DNA from: Clostridia bacterium
GTDB taxonomy: Bacteria; Bacillota; Clostridia; RUG12999
Direction: 5' to 3'
Assembly (NCBI GenBank): GCA_045546415.1
Contig: JAZQCS010000071.1
Location: forward strand, 1-55,853
DNA: 55,853 bases
Both the position numbers and the translations under genes were made by a program. Shown in pieces: positions 1 to 10,199 of this stretch. Numbering within the stretch: position 1 is the stretch's first letter; every line of letters starts with the position of its first letter. Under the pieces are notes generated by a model. It had not been told where the DNA came from. It did not search any database and saw only the letters and a program-made list of their open reading frames with translations.

Positions 1-47
1 AGTTGTAGCTAAGTGTTGTCTTCCTAAGACCGCTTGGCCTCCGACTT
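1..47. other. MGI/BGI (DNBSEQ) sequencing adapter with 10-nt barcode; assembly artefact, not genomic
   Basis: 16-47 TTGTCTTCCTAAGACCGCTTGGCCTCCGACTT is the reverse complement of the MGI adapter AAGTCGGAGGCCAAGCGGTCTTAGGAAGACAA. 1-5 AGTTG matches the end of the other arm (...GCCAAGGAGTTG) and 6-15 occupies the barcode slot. Transketolase similarity starts only at ~48. Confidence 0.93.
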
Positions 48-748
48 CTGTTTTTGCGGCAGGCAGAGCCTTTGAGCAGATTCGCAACTCCATCTGTTAC
101 CCCCGTCTTAATGTAAAAATTGGTGCAACTCACGCAGGTATTTCTGTAGGTGAGGACGGCGGAAGCCACCAGTCTGTTGAAGATATTGCTATTATGCGTT
201 CTCTTCCCGGTATGGTAGTTATAAGCCCTTGCGATGCTGAGGAATCCCGTCAGGCTGTGCTTGCAGCCGCAAAATATGACGGTCCGGTTTATCTTCGTTT
301 TGGCAGACTTGCTGTTCCTGCTGTTTATGAGGAAGGTAAATGTAACTTTGAAATCGGTAAAGGTATTACCCTTCGTGAAGGAACCGATGTTACTCTTATT
401 GCAACCGGTCTTATGGTAACTCCAACTCTTGAGGCTGCACAGGCTCTTGCTGAAAAAGGCATCAGCGCAGAGGTTATTGACATTCACACCATAAAGCCTA
501 TTGACAGCGAGCTTATTGCAAAATCCGCCGTTAAAACCGGCAAGGTTGTAACCATTGAAGAGCACAACATAATTGGCGGTCTCGGAAGTGCAGTTGCAGA
601 GGTTCTTTCAGAAAAGGCTCCTTCAAAAATGCTACGTATTGGTATTGAGGATAAGTTTGGTAAATCCGGTACTCCTGCCGCACTTCTTGAAGAATACGGC
701 CTGACAAAAGAAAACATTATTGCTAAGGTTGAAGCTTTTGTAAAATAA
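48..748 (+). CDS. Transketolase C-terminal (pyrimidine-binding) subunit, 5'-partial
   Basis: Frame is open upstream of the ATG at 194: VFAAGRAFEQIRNSICYPRLNVKIGATHAGISVGEDGGSHQ, followed by GPVYLRFGR, IDIHTIKPID, EEHNIIGGLGSAVAE. Confidence 0.93.
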
Positions 749-797
749 AGCCTATCTTTAGTTTCCATTTTAAACTTAGTATTTAAAGGTGACTTAT

Positions 798-2075
798 ATG
801 GATAACAACCATTCACCCCTTGCTGACCGCATAAGACCCTCCGCCCTTTCGGAGGTTGTTGGTCAGAACCACATTTTAGGAGAAAACAAGCTGCTGTCGA
901 GGGTTCTCGGCAGCGGCAAGCTTCCCAATATGATTTTTTACGGTCCCTCGGGCACGGGCAAAACTACTGTTGCAAGGATTATTGCGGCAAAGGCAGGCAA
1001 AAAGCTTTTTTGCCTTAATGCCACAACCGCCTCGGTTTCGGATATCCGTGAGGTTGCAAACAGCGTTGGTTCCATTGAAGCCGCCGGGGGTGTTTTGCTG
1101 TACCTTGATGAGATTCAGAATTTCAACAAAAAGCAGCAGCAATCCTTACTTGAATATATTGAAAATGGAAGCATAACCCTTATTGCATCCACCACCGAAA
1201 ACCCTTATTTTTATGTGTATAATGCAATTCTCAGCCGAAGCACGGTTTTTGAATTCAGACCTGTTGAAGCAGATGATGTTGAAAAAGCTCTTCTTCGCGC
1301 GGTGGAAATTTTAAAAAAGGACTATCCTTCTCTTGATTTTCAGGTGGAGGACGGTGCTTTGTTTCACATAGCAAATTCCTGTTTCGGTGATGTACGCAAG
1401 GCTATGAATATGCTTGAAATATGCACAGCCGCTGCCATGACCGAAAACGGCATACATATAACCGAAGAGCTCGCAAGAGAAGCAAGCGGCAGACCTGCCA
1501 TGCGCTATGACCGGGACGGAGACAGTCACTATGATATACTTAGTGCTTTTCAGAAATCAATACGGGGAAGCGACCCGGATGCGGCTCTTCACTATCTGGC
1601 ACGGCTTGTTGTTGCAGGAGATTTAATTTCCATATGCCGCAGGCTTCTTGTAATTGCCGCTGAAGATATCGGTCTTGCTTACCCTATGGCAATTACAATT
1701 GTAAAAAGCTGTACCGACGCAGCAAAGGAGCTCGGCTTTCCTGAAGCACAAATTCCCCTTGCTCAGGCGGTTATTCTGCTTGCTACTGCGCCTAAATCCA
1801 ATTCGGGCGTAAATGCAATAGGCAGCGCAATATCCGAGCTTGAAACCACCGATGTTGGCGATATCCCCAAGCATCTGAAGGATTCTCACTACAAGGGTGC
1901 GGGAAAGCTTGGAAACGGACTTACATACAAATATCCCCATATGTACCCCGGTCATTACATTCCGCAGCAATATCTGCCTGACGCTATCCGCGACCATGTT
2001 TACTATGAATACGGCGATAACAAAACCGAGCAGGCTGCAAAGGAATATTGGGATAAAATTAAAGGAAATAAGTGA
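798..2075 (+). CDS. rarA: Replication-associated recombination protein A (RarA/MgsA AAA+ ATPase)
   Basis: PLADRIRP start, Walker A GPSGTGKTT, DEI Walker B, TTENPYF, HYDILSAFQKSIRGSDPDAA, YKYPH; RBS before ATG 798. Confidence 0.95.
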   Translation: MDNNHSPLADRIRPSALSEVVGQNHILGENKLLSRVLGSGKLPNMIFYGPSGTGKTTVARIIAAKAGKKLFCLNATTASVSDIREVANSVGSIEAAGGVLLYLDEIQNFNKKQQQSLLEYIENGSITLIASTTENPYFYVYNAILSRSTVFEFRPVEADDVEKALLRAVEILKKDYPSLDFQVEDGALFHIANSCFGDVRKAMNMLEICTAAAMTENGIHITEELAREASGRPAMRYDRDGDSHYDILSAFQKSIRGSDPDAALHYLARLVVAGDLISICRRLLVIAAEDIGLAYPMAITIVKSCTDAAKELGFPEAQIPLAQAVILLATAPKSNSGVNAIGSAISELETTDVGDIPKHLKDSHYKGAGKLGNGLTYKYPHMYPGHYIPQQYLPDAIRDHVYYEYGDNKTEQAAKEYWDKIKGNK

Positions 2076-2082
2076 TTTTTTT

Positions 2083-2796
2083 ATGAATAACAAAAAAGCC
2101 CACTTTCTAAAGGGCTTTCGTGATGGTCTTCCCATTGGACTTGGCTACCTTTCCATTTCCTTTGGGTTTGGCATAACGGCAGTTTCAAAAGGGCTCGAAG
2201 CTCTTTATGCCATTCTCATTTCAATGACCAACCTTACCTCGGCAGGTCAGGTGGCAGGCCTTGGGGTTATTGTTGCCGGCGGCACTCTGGTGGAAATTGC
2301 CCTTACTCAGCTTGTAATAAATTTGCGTTACAGCCTTATGGGAATTGCTCTTTCCCAGAAGCTTGAAAAAGGGTTTGGAAGCCTTCAGCGTATGCTTACC
2401 TCTTTTTTCATAACGGATGAAATTTTTGCTGTGTCTATGCTTCGGGGTGTACCTGTAACTCCTTCATATATGTACGGTCTTGCAACCCTGCCATACATAG
2501 GCTGGGCCCTCGGCACAACCCTGGGTGCATTTGCCGGGGACATTCTCCCCGGTTCCATTACAACCGCTCTTGGCATTGCAATTTACGGAATGTTCATTGC
2601 CATTGTTGTACCTCCTGCAAAAAAGGATACGGGCGTGCTCATTACCGTTTTGCTTGCTGTTGCCCTTAATTGCATTATTCGTTATGTGCCTGTTTTCAGC
2701 GGTATAACTCCGGGGTTTGCAATAATAATATGCGCAGTTTGTGCTTCCCTTGTGGCAGCGGCTGTAAAACCTATTGAGGAGGATTACGATGAATAA
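2083..2796 (+). CDS. azlC: AzlC-family branched-chain amino-acid exporter permease
   Basis: GFRDGLPIGLGY, SAGQVAG, INLRYSLM, ITDEIFA motifs; start taken at ATG 2083 just after the rarA stop. Confidence 0.88.
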   Translation: MNNKKAHFLKGFRDGLPIGLGYLSISFGFGITAVSKGLEALYAILISMTNLTSAGQVAGLGVIVAGGTLVEIALTQLVINLRYSLMGIALSQKLEKGFGSLQRMLTSFFITDEIFAVSMLRGVPVTPSYMYGLATLPYIGWALGTTLGAFAGDILPGSITTALGIAIYGMFIAIVVPPAKKDTGVLITVLLAVALNCIIRYVPVFSGITPGFAIIICAVCASLVAAAVKPIEEDYDE

Positions 2797-3100
2797 AATT
2801 CTCTTATACATACTGGTTATGGCGCTTGTTACCTATGCTGTGCGAATGATTCCCTTTTTGCTGTTCCGCAAAAAGATAAAATCCCGTTTTGTGCGAAGTG
2901 TCCTGCACTACATACCCTACGCTGTACTCAGCGCAATGGTTATTCCCGATGTGTTTTTCTCCACGGGAGGTCTCGATGGTATAATTGCAGGCGTTTGCGG
3001 ATTTACCGTTGCGGTAATTCTTGCGGCACTTGAACGCTCACTCCTTACTGTTGCGGTTTGTGCCGTAGCAGTGGCATACGTTGTGGGGTTTTTTATTTGA
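2789..3100 (+). CDS. azlD: AzlD-family small membrane subunit
   Basis: MALVTYAVRMIPF, YIPYAVLSAM; overlaps the azlC stop. Confidence 0.85.
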   Translation: MNKILLYILVMALVTYAVRMIPFLLFRKKIKSRFVRSVLHYIPYAVLSAMVIPDVFFSTGGLDGIIAGVCGFTVAVILAALERSLLTVAVCAVAVAYVVGFFI

Positions 3101-3110
3101 ATATTAAGTT

Positions 3111-3145
3111 AGGGCGATTTTTTAAATCGCCCTTTTTATTTTTTT
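3111..3145 (+). terminator. Intrinsic terminator after azlD
   Basis: AGGGCGATTT-loop-AAATCGCCCT followed by a T-tract. Confidence 0.8.
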
Positions 3146-3234
3146 GTAAACTGATTGCAGGCATCATCCAGCGGGAAATACATTCTGCAACCGCCCTAAT
3201 CGGAACACCGTGCAGAGTGTTTCCGGAAATTACG

Positions 3235-3255
3235 GTGACCAACGGTCGCCCCTAC
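3235..3255 (-). repeat. GTAG-type REP-like palindrome (single, degenerate)
   Basis: GGTGACCAACGGTCGCCCCTAC = reverse GTAGGGGCGACC...; same family as 27725-27757. Confidence 0.6.
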
Positions 3256-3262
3256 ACTGCAG

Positions 3263-3287
3263 AAAAAAGGCGGGGATGAACCCCGCC
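3263..3287 (-). terminator. Intrinsic terminator of the minus-strand operon
   Basis: GGCGGGG/CCCCGCC stem with an A-tract on its left (U-tract on minus strand). Confidence 0.75.
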
Positions 3288-3301
3288 ATTACCATTTAAT
3301 T

Positions 3302-4165
3302 TTAACCTTCAATTTCATCCGCAATCTGCTGAGCCATTTTATGAAACATTACCATCATTTCTTCAAACAACTCATTATTATGTCCGGAAGATGGGGCAGT
3401 TTCAAGGGAAATTACACCATCAAACTCTATTTCTTTAAGAGCCTGACAGAATTCTGTCCACTTAAAAGAGCCGTAAAAAGGTGGCAAATGCATATCAATA
3501 CGGAATTTGTTATCGTGAACATGAAGTACGCGCAGTTCATCACCAAGCTCTGCAACAGACTCATAAACCGGAAGCTCAGGGAACACATTGAGGTGTCCCG
3601 TATCAAGACAGATTTTGAAATGGTCGTCGTCAATTTCCTTAACAAAACGAAGAATATCTGCAGGAGTAGCTATTGAAAAGTTAATCATTGGCATATTTTC
3701 CAGGCAGATTGTAACATCATATTCCTTTGCTGTTTTAAGAAGTTCACGGAAAAACTCAAGATTTATTTTCCAGGTTTCCTCCGTTTTTCCTTCTTTAACA
3801 TCTTCCCAACCGTTTGCAAAAATGGGATGAATTACCCAGTTTTTACAGCCAAGAAGAGCCGTCAGGCGGATTGATTCGCGCATTTTTTCCATTCGTTCGG
3901 CTCTGTCCTCGGGAGTTACATCCTGAGCAGGCCATCTCCATGGGCCGTGTACCTGGGAAAACTCTATGCCGGCTTCGGCTGCAAGTTTTTTTTGCATAAG
4001 TATGGTCTTTTCAGCCTTTTCCTTATCTGTATAAAAGAAAGTTTCGGTATTGAGCAAACCAAAATCCACACAGGAAAAACCGAAGGATTTCAGCTTTTTG
4101 TATGTGTCATCACCCCAAAGGGTAAAAAATCCCGAAGGATAAGAGAAGCCTATACCTGTTTTCAT
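3302..4165 (-). CDS. Sugar phosphate isomerase/epimerase (xylose isomerase-like/AP endonuclease 2 TIM barrel)
   Basis: QVHGPW, VIHP, ICLENMP, CLDTGH, LHVHDN, HLPPFYG, ISLE metal-binding motifs. Confidence 0.88.
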   Translation of the reverse strand: MKTGIGFSYPSGFFTLWGDDTYKKLKSFGFSCVDFGLLNTETFFYTDKEKAEKTILMQKKLAAEAGIEFSQVHGPWRWPAQDVTPEDRAERMEKMRESIRLTALLGCKNWVIHPIFANGWEDVKEGKTEETWKINLEFFRELLKTAKEYDVTICLENMPMINFSIATPADILRFVKEIDDDHFKICLDTGHLNVFPELPVYESVAELGDELRVLHVHDNKFRIDMHLPPFYGSFKWTEFCQALKEIEFDGVISLETAPSSGHNNELFEEMMVMFHKMAQQIADEIEG

Positions 4166-4168
4166 AAT

Positions 4169-5089
4169 TTAAACTCCTTTCGTACCATCTGCTGTATACA
4201 TTATTTCTATTGCAGATTTCATGTTTTCAATAACAACCGTATCTGTGCCTTTTTCAAACTCACCGTCAAGGGTCCAGTTAACATCTTCCGGCATTTTAAA
4301 GGCAATTTTTGATGCCCTGAAAAATTCAAACACCTCTTCATCCGAAAAATCAGTATTAATAAGTCCCCATAAAATTTTGTTCAACTGTACCGGGTTTTTA
4401 GGCTGTTTTACAAAAAGCACCTCAAACAAGCCGTCGTTCAGATTTACACCGTTGCCGGACAGCTTAATTACTCCGCCTACAGAATAGGAATTGCACACCG
4501 CACCAAAAATGTAATCCCCTTCAAAATCTCTGTCATCCGAAAAGGCTTCTATGTGGTAGGGCTTAATGGTTGTTAAGTCTTTGATTCCGCCCAGAACATA
4601 AGCAAAATGACCCAGAGCGTTTTTCATGTCCTGGGGAACATTGTAGGAGGTTGCGGTAAAAGCACCAAAGGAGGCAATATATGAAAAATATCTTTCTCCG
4701 TTAAACCTACCTATGTCAAGGCGCACCGGCTCTTCAGTTTTTACAATGCTTTCTGCCGCAAGAATTGGCTCTGTAGGCATTTTCATACTGTTTGCAAAGT
4801 CATTGGTGCTTCCTGCGGGAATGAAGCCTATGGGCACTTTTTTGCCGGACTTTGCAACTCCGCTGAGCACACCGTTTAAAGTGCCGTCTCCTCCGCAGCA
4901 TACAATCAGGTCGTACTGTCCTTCCTCAGCCCCTTCGCGCGCCATTTTTTCAGCATCTCCCGGAGCGAGGGTAAAACGCGTGGTTACAAGGTATTCTGCC
5001 TTGCAAAACACCTCGGTTATGCCAAACAGTGCTGCCTGTACAAGAAGCTTACCCGATTTCGGATTAATTATAAGCAACATTTTTTTCAA
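4169..5089 (-). CDS. YegS/DagK-family diacylglycerol/lipid kinase
   Basis: IINPKSGK, CCGGDGT, FIPAGSTNDFA, TLDGE; TTG start at 5089 after AAGAGG. Confidence 0.9.
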   Translation of the reverse strand: MKKMLLIINPKSGKLLVQAALFGITEVFCKAEYLVTTRFTLAPGDAEKMAREGAEEGQYDLIVCCGGDGTLNGVLSGVAKSGKKVPIGFIPAGSTNDFANSMKMPTEPILAAESIVKTEEPVRLDIGRFNGERYFSYIASFGAFTATSYNVPQDMKNALGHFAYVLGGIKDLTTIKPYHIEAFSDDRDFEGDYIFGAVCNSYSVGGVIKLSGNGVNLNDGLFEVLFVKQPKNPVQLNKILWGLINTDFSDEEVFEFFRASKIAFKMPEDVNWTLDGEFEKGTDTVVIENMKSAIEIMYTADGTKGV

Positions 5090-5156
5090 AACAAAATCGC
5101 CTCTTTTAATTTTGGAAACGGGCGGCGCCACGCCGCCCGTAGTTTATAAAGTATAC

Positions 5157-7940
5157 TTAGTTTCCTTTAAGAACCTTTGCACATCTTGGGCAAAGTGTAG
5201 GATGCTCACTATCGGAGCCAAGCTCACGGATAAGCCAGCAGCGTTCACACTTTTCACCCTTTGCTTCTTCAACCTTAACGGTGATGGGGTTATTTTCACC
5301 CTTCACTCCTTCACCGGTGCCGTTTACAAGCTCAACAGAAGAAACAATGAAAATTGTCTCTAAGCTGTCACTAACAGCTTTAAGCTTATCGTATGCTTCT
5401 CCTTCAGCATAAATTGTAACACCTGCCTGAAGAGAGGAACCTATTATCTTTTCTGTTCTTGCTGCCTCTAAAGCCTTTGCAACATCAGAGCGAAGAGAAA
5501 TAAGGTCATCATACTTAGCCTTAAGGGCATCATCAACATATTTATCGTTAAAGGAAGGCATATCGTTGAACAGAACGCTGTAGGTATCGTCTCCTTCAAC
5601 ATGAGGCATTTCCTTCCAGATTTCCTCGGAGGTGAAAGCAAGCACAGGAGCAAGCATTTTTACAAGGCTGTCAAGTACCATGTACATAGCTGTCTGTGCA
5701 CTTCTTCTTTCGAAGGAATCAGTTTTTTCTGCGTAAACTCTATCCTTTACAATATCAAGGTAGAAGTTTGACATATCAACAACACAGAAATTATGAATAG
5801 CATGGTAAAGAATATGGAACTCATAGTTATCGTAAGCCTCTCTTACCTTGCCCACAACCTCGTTGAGCTTAAGAATTGCCCACTTATCAAGCTCCATCAT
5901 ATCTTCAAACTTAACCATATCCCGGTCAGGATTGAAGTCGCTGATATTACCCAAAATATATCTTGCTGTGTTTCTGATTTTTCTGTAAATTTCAGAAATC
6001 TGCTTCAAAATATCGGGAGAAATTCTTACATCTGCCTTGTAATCGGAAGAAGAAACCCAAAGACGAAGAATATCCGCACCCATCTTTTCTGCAACATCCT
6101 TGATGGGGTCAATACCGTTACCAAGGGATTTTGACATTTTTTTGCCCTCACCGTCAACAACCATGCCGTGAGTTAAAACGGTTTTGTAGGGAGCCACGCC
6201 CTTGGTTGCAACTGCAGTAAGAAGCGAGGACTGGAACCAGCCTCTGTACTGGTCGTTACCTTCAAGGTACATATCTGCTACTGAGCAAATACCTCTTTCG
6301 TCAAGAACTGCAGCGTGAGATGAACCGGAATCGAACCACACATCCATAATATCGGTTTCCTTTTTAAAATGTGTGCATCCGCATTCACACTTTACGCCAA
6401 GGTCTGCCAGGAATTTATCCGCATCAATATCATACCATGCATTTGAGCCTTCCTTGCGGAACAGTTCAACAACTGCATCTATAGTTTTTTCATTTATAAT
6501 AGATTTATTACATTCTTCACAGTAGAAAATCGGGATGGGAACGCCCCAGTTTCTCTGACGGGAAATACACCAGTCAGCTCTGTCACGAACCATGCCTGCA
6601 ATTCTCTCTTCACCCCATTCGGGAACCCAGTTTACATTCTTTATTGCCTCAATTGCTTTATCCTTGAAAGCATCAATGGAGGCAAACCACTGCTCTGTAG
6701 CACGGAAGATGATGGGTTTTTTACATCTCCAGCAATGAGGGTACTGATGGGCAATTTTAACACTCTTTAAAAGATGGCCTGTGGCGTCCAGCTTAATTGC
6801 AATTGCCTTGTTGGCATCCTCATAACGAAGGCCTGCAAACTCGCCTGCTTCTTCTGTCATACAGCCTTTACCATCGGCAGAAACAACAATGGGAAGCTCC
6901 TTATAGTTCTGGCAAACAAGGAAGTCATCCATACCGAAGCCGGGCGCGGTGTGAACACAGCCTGTACCTGCTTCCAGGGTTACATGGTCACCGTTTATAA
7001 CAAGAGACTTTCTGTCAAGGAAGGGGTGCTGACACCATATTCCTTCGAGCTCTGCACCGGTAAATTCTGCAATTATTTCAAAGCTTTCTATACCAAGGGT
7101 TGACATAACGGAATCTGCCATTTCTTTTGCAACAACAAGGTTCCCCTTTTCGGTTTTGCAAACAGCGTAGTCATAGGAGCTATTCAGACAGATTGCAACA
7201 TTGCCGGGAAGTGTCCAGGTGGTAGTTGTCCAGATAACGAAATAAGTATCGGAAACATCAATGCCCTTTGCGGAAAGCACGCCTTTATCGTCTGCTACTG
7301 CAAAACGAACAAAAATTGAATAGGTTTTATCCTCCTGATATTCAATTTCTGCTTCAGCAAGGGCTGTCTGACAATCGGGACACCAGTAAACGGGTTTGAG
7401 ACCCTTATAGATTATGCCCTTCTTTGCAATTTCTCCAAACACCTCTATCTGCTTTGCTTCGAATTCAGGAAGATATGTGATGTAGGGGTGCTCATAATCA
7501 CCAATAACGCCAAGGCGTTTGAACTGCTGAATGTGGTTATTGATGTAACCCTCAGCAAAATCCTTACAGATTTCTCTGAACTTAACAGGACCTGCTTCTG
7601 CACGGTTTACGCCAAGCTTTTTGATTGCCTGAGTTTCGATGGGCAGACCGTGTGTATCCCAGCCGGGAATGTAAACAACCTTATGACCTGTCATAGCCTT
7701 GTGCTTGTTTACAATGTCCTTAAGAATTTTATTCAGGGCGTGACCTGTGTGAATATCGCCGTTTGCGAAGGGAGGTCCGTCGTGAAGAACATACATAGGC
7801 TTGTCTGCATTTTTCTCCAGAAGCTTGTTGTAAAGGTCCTTTGCTTCCATTTCCTCTAAGAACTCAGGTTCTCTTTTGGGAAGATTTCCCTTCATAGGGA
7901 ACTCGGTCTGAGGAAGATTAAGTGTTTTTCCGTAATCCAT
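5157..7940 (-). CDS. ileS: Isoleucine--tRNA ligase (type 1)
   Basis: LHDGPPFANGDIHTGH, GWDTHGLPIE, WTTTTWTLPGN, WCISRQR, KMSKS, C-terminal CERCW...CPRC zinc finger. Confidence 0.98.
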   Translation of the reverse strand: MDYGKTLNLPQTEFPMKGNLPKREPEFLEEMEAKDLYNKLLEKNADKPMYVLHDGPPFANGDIHTGHALNKILKDIVNKHKAMTGHKVVYIPGWDTHGLPIETQAIKKLGVNRAEAGPVKFREICKDFAEGYINNHIQQFKRLGVIGDYEHPYITYLPEFEAKQIEVFGEIAKKGIIYKGLKPVYWCPDCQTALAEAEIEYQEDKTYSIFVRFAVADDKGVLSAKGIDVSDTYFVIWTTTTWTLPGNVAICLNSSYDYAVCKTEKGNLVVAKEMADSVMSTLGIESFEIIAEFTGAELEGIWCQHPFLDRKSLVINGDHVTLEAGTGCVHTAPGFGMDDFLVCQNYKELPIVVSADGKGCMTEEAGEFAGLRYEDANKAIAIKLDATGHLLKSVKIAHQYPHCWRCKKPIIFRATEQWFASIDAFKDKAIEAIKNVNWVPEWGEERIAGMVRDRADWCISRQRNWGVPIPIFYCEECNKSIINEKTIDAVVELFRKEGSNAWYDIDADKFLADLGVKCECGCTHFKKETDIMDVWFDSGSSHAAVLDERGICSVADMYLEGNDQYRGWFQSSLLTAVATKGVAPYKTVLTHGMVVDGEGKKMSKSLGNGIDPIKDVAEKMGADILRLWVSSSDYKADVRISPDILKQISEIYRKIRNTARYILGNISDFNPDRDMVKFEDMMELDKWAILKLNEVVGKVREAYDNYEFHILYHAIHNFCVVDMSNFYLDIVKDRVYAEKTDSFERRSAQTAMYMVLDSLVKMLAPVLAFTSEEIWKEMPHVEGDDTYSVLFNDMPSFNDKYVDDALKAKYDDLISLRSDVAKALEAARTEKIIGSSLQAGVTIYAEGEAYDKLKAVSDSLETIFIVSSVELVNGTGEGVKGENNPITVKVEEAKGEKCERCWLIRELGSDSEHPTLCPRCAKVLKGN

Positions 7941-7993
7941 TGTTTTCTCTCCTTAAAATATGTGATATAAATTTGTTTATGTATTTAAAAAAC

Positions 7994-8638
7994 CTATTCT
8001 TCGTCTTTTATAACAGGTATCTGCATGGTCTGCTGGTCAACAAAGCTCTGGTCTTTTTTTGCAGTGTCATCCTCAAAGCCATACTTTTTTATTTCAGGCT
8101 CCGGAGCTACTGTTTCCCCCGGAATTATGGGGTTTTCAAATGTCATGGTATCGTCGCTGCATTTAACCCTTGGGGTACGCTCTAAAATTGCTCCCGGCTG
8201 AGGCATAACCTCAACAATATCAAGTGCATTTTTAAGTATCTGTTCCATCTGTTTTCTGTAATTGGAAAGCTGAATTTTCATGTTGGACATTTCCATATCA
8301 ATTCTCGATACCTTCTGCTGTGCATCAACAATTATGGCGTTTGCCTTAATTTCCGCTTCCTCAATTATATTTTTTGCTTTTTCGGAAGCAGAGCGTTTTA
8401 CCTCTTCACCGGTGCTCTGCGCCACAACAATGCTGCTCTGCAAAACATCCTCCATGGATTTGTAACGGCTTATTGCTTCAGAAAGAGCCACAATTTTGTC
8501 CTTAAGGGCAATGCGCTCCATGTAAAGCTCCTTATAATCCGCCGCAACCATTCTCATAAAGTCATCAACCTCATCCTTTTTATATCTTCCGAGGCTGCTT
8601 TTAAAGGTTTTTGTTTCAAGATCAAGCGGTGTGAACAT
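7994..8638 (-). CDS. divIVA: DivIVA domain protein
   Basis: MFTPLDLETKTFKSSLGRYKKDEVDDF N-terminus, coiled coil, position between ylmH and ileS. Confidence 0.9.
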   Translation of the reverse strand: MFTPLDLETKTFKSSLGRYKKDEVDDFMRMVAADYKELYMERIALKDKIVALSEAISRYKSMEDVLQSSIVVAQSTGEEVKRSASEKAKNIIEEAEIKANAIIVDAQQKVSRIDMEMSNMKIQLSNYRKQMEQILKNALDIVEVMPQPGAILERTPRVKCSDDTMTFENPIIPGETVAPEPEIKKYGFEDDTAKKDQSFVDQQTMQIPVIKDEE

Positions 8639-8653
8639 TTTAATTCCCCCTTA

Positions 8654-9400
8654 TCATTTGTATAAATCGTATTCTATTTTAAGTCTTCCTTTTTTTGTTT
8701 CACCAAGGCTTCCTATGTAAATGAATTTGCCAAAACCCCTTACCGAAACGGTATCTCCGGGTTTAAGCCGTTTTGAGCCGTTTTCCGCCGGCAGGTAGTT
8801 TACCATTACTCTGCCCGTCCTCAGCAATTCCTCCACCTGATTTCTGGAGCAGCCCCCAATGCGAGCCACAACGCAGTCAATACGGTCCGAGGCTACTGTT
8901 ACACTGAGCCTTTCAAGGTTTTTCCGGGGCAGGGTTATTTCCTCACACTTTTGCACCTTTACAGACCTTCTGCCGATTTTGTCGCAATTTGTCAGCAAAA
9001 AATCTGCAATATCCTCCATACAGAAAACAAAGGCACCTTCCTCTGTTGTGACAATATCCCCTATGCTCTCACGGGTAACACCGAGACCCATAATTGAGCC
9101 GAGATAGTCCCGGTGAGTCAGCCCTTCCGTGTCCGAAGGAACAAGCTGTAAAATACATATGGGGAACATCTGCTCATACAAGGCTTCATCATAAAAGCCA
9201 TCGGGGAAGCATCCCATAACGGTACGCTCGGCATCGGCATAACCGCCAAAGCCGAGATAGGTACATCCGGGCGCTTTAATTCCCGAAACCCGCGCCCTTT
9301 GAGTGGCATCCAGAAACTTTGAAAAAGCGGGATACCCGTTTTTAAGGCAAAGCCTTGAAAGGTCGGCAACCTTTGAGGTAAGCAGCTTTAACTCATCCAT
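8654..9400 (-). CDS. ylmH: YlmH-family S4 RNA-binding protein
   Basis: GGYADAER, LTHRDYLGSIMGLG, IGDI, C-terminal S4 domain (GDTVSVRGFGKF). Confidence 0.9.
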   Translation of the reverse strand: MDELKLLTSKVADLSRLCLKNGYPAFSKFLDATQRARVSGIKAPGCTYLGFGGYADAERTVMGCFPDGFYDEALYEQMFPICILQLVPSDTEGLTHRDYLGSIMGLGVTRESIGDIVTTEEGAFVFCMEDIADFLLTNCDKIGRRSVKVQKCEEITLPRKNLERLSVTVASDRIDCVVARIGGCSRNQVEELLRTGRVMVNYLPAENGSKRLKPGDTVSVRGFGKFIYIGSLGETKKGRLKIEYDLYK

Positions 9401-9676
9401 TTACATCAACCTCAGCAAAATCCGAAGAATTGCCCCCTGCAGAAAATTTATAAGCATTATAGAAATTATGGGGGTAATATCTATCATAATTGTCCTTGTA
9501 AGCGGACTCAGAAGCTTGCGTATAGGTGCTGTTACAGGTGCTGTAAACCGCTGCAGAAAGCCTCTTATTCTGTAAACCTTCTCGTTGTAGGGAATCCACG
9601 AAAGAAGGGCATCGGCCACAATGGCAAAGCTGAGAAGCTCGGCCAGAAGCGGCACTAACCAAATTATAAAACCCAT
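9401..9676 (-). CDS. ylmG: YggT/YlmG family membrane protein
   Basis: ALLSWIP, TAPVTAPIRKLL, IDITPII; synteny. Confidence 0.88.
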   Translation of the reverse strand: MGFIIWLVPLLAELLSFAIVADALLSWIPYNEKVYRIRGFLQRFTAPVTAPIRKLLSPLTRTIMIDITPIISIMLINFLQGAILRILLRLM

Positions 9677-9687
9677 GTTAATTCACC

Positions 9688-10158
9688 CTATTCCCAAAGG
9701 AATGTATTGTTTTTAAGTTCATTTTTGAAATCGCCCAGAATGGTAACATTGTAGGGCGCAATAAGGTAAATGTTTGCGGAAATTCTCTGAATACCTCCGT
9801 CAAGCACATAAATTGCACCGCTTAAGAAATCGAAAATTTTATGTGCAACATCCTTTTCAAGAAGCTCAAGATTTACAACTACAGGTTTTCTTTCCTTAAG
9901 ATGGTCAGCAATTTCCTTTGCCTCGTCAAAATCTGCAGGCTTAATTACAACAACCTTGAACTGTGTGGTTGCGGACATGGAAACAACCTTGTTTCTTCTT
10001 GTACCGTTTTCGGAATAGGAGGCGGTTGCAGAAGGAGTGCTTCTTGCTGTTCTTTCAATTTTAGGTGCGGGAGGCTCATAATCGTAACCGTTTTCCATTT
10101 CTTCTTCCTCTGTGCTGAAGCCCATTGCCCCAAGTACATTTTTAAAAACCTTATTCAT
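9688..10158 (-). CDS. sepF: Cell division protein SepF
   Basis: AKEIADHLKERKPVVVNLE, DFLSGAIYVLDGGIQRI, YLIAPYNV. Confidence 0.95.
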   Translation of the reverse strand: MNKVFKNVLGAMGFSTEEEEMENGYDYEPPAPKIERTARSTPSATASYSENGTRRNKVVSMSATTQFKVVVIKPADFDEAKEIADHLKERKPVVVNLELLEKDVAHKIFDFLSGAIYVLDGGIQRISANIYLIAPYNVTILGDFKNELKNNTFLWE

Positions 10159-10199
10159 AATTAGTTTTCCCCTCTCAAAATTTTTTATAATTTTCTTTT

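Noticed and set aside
7941-7993. T-box leader for ileS
   Set aside because: Gap is only 53 bp with no GGTGGTACCGCG-like T-box motif or terminator.
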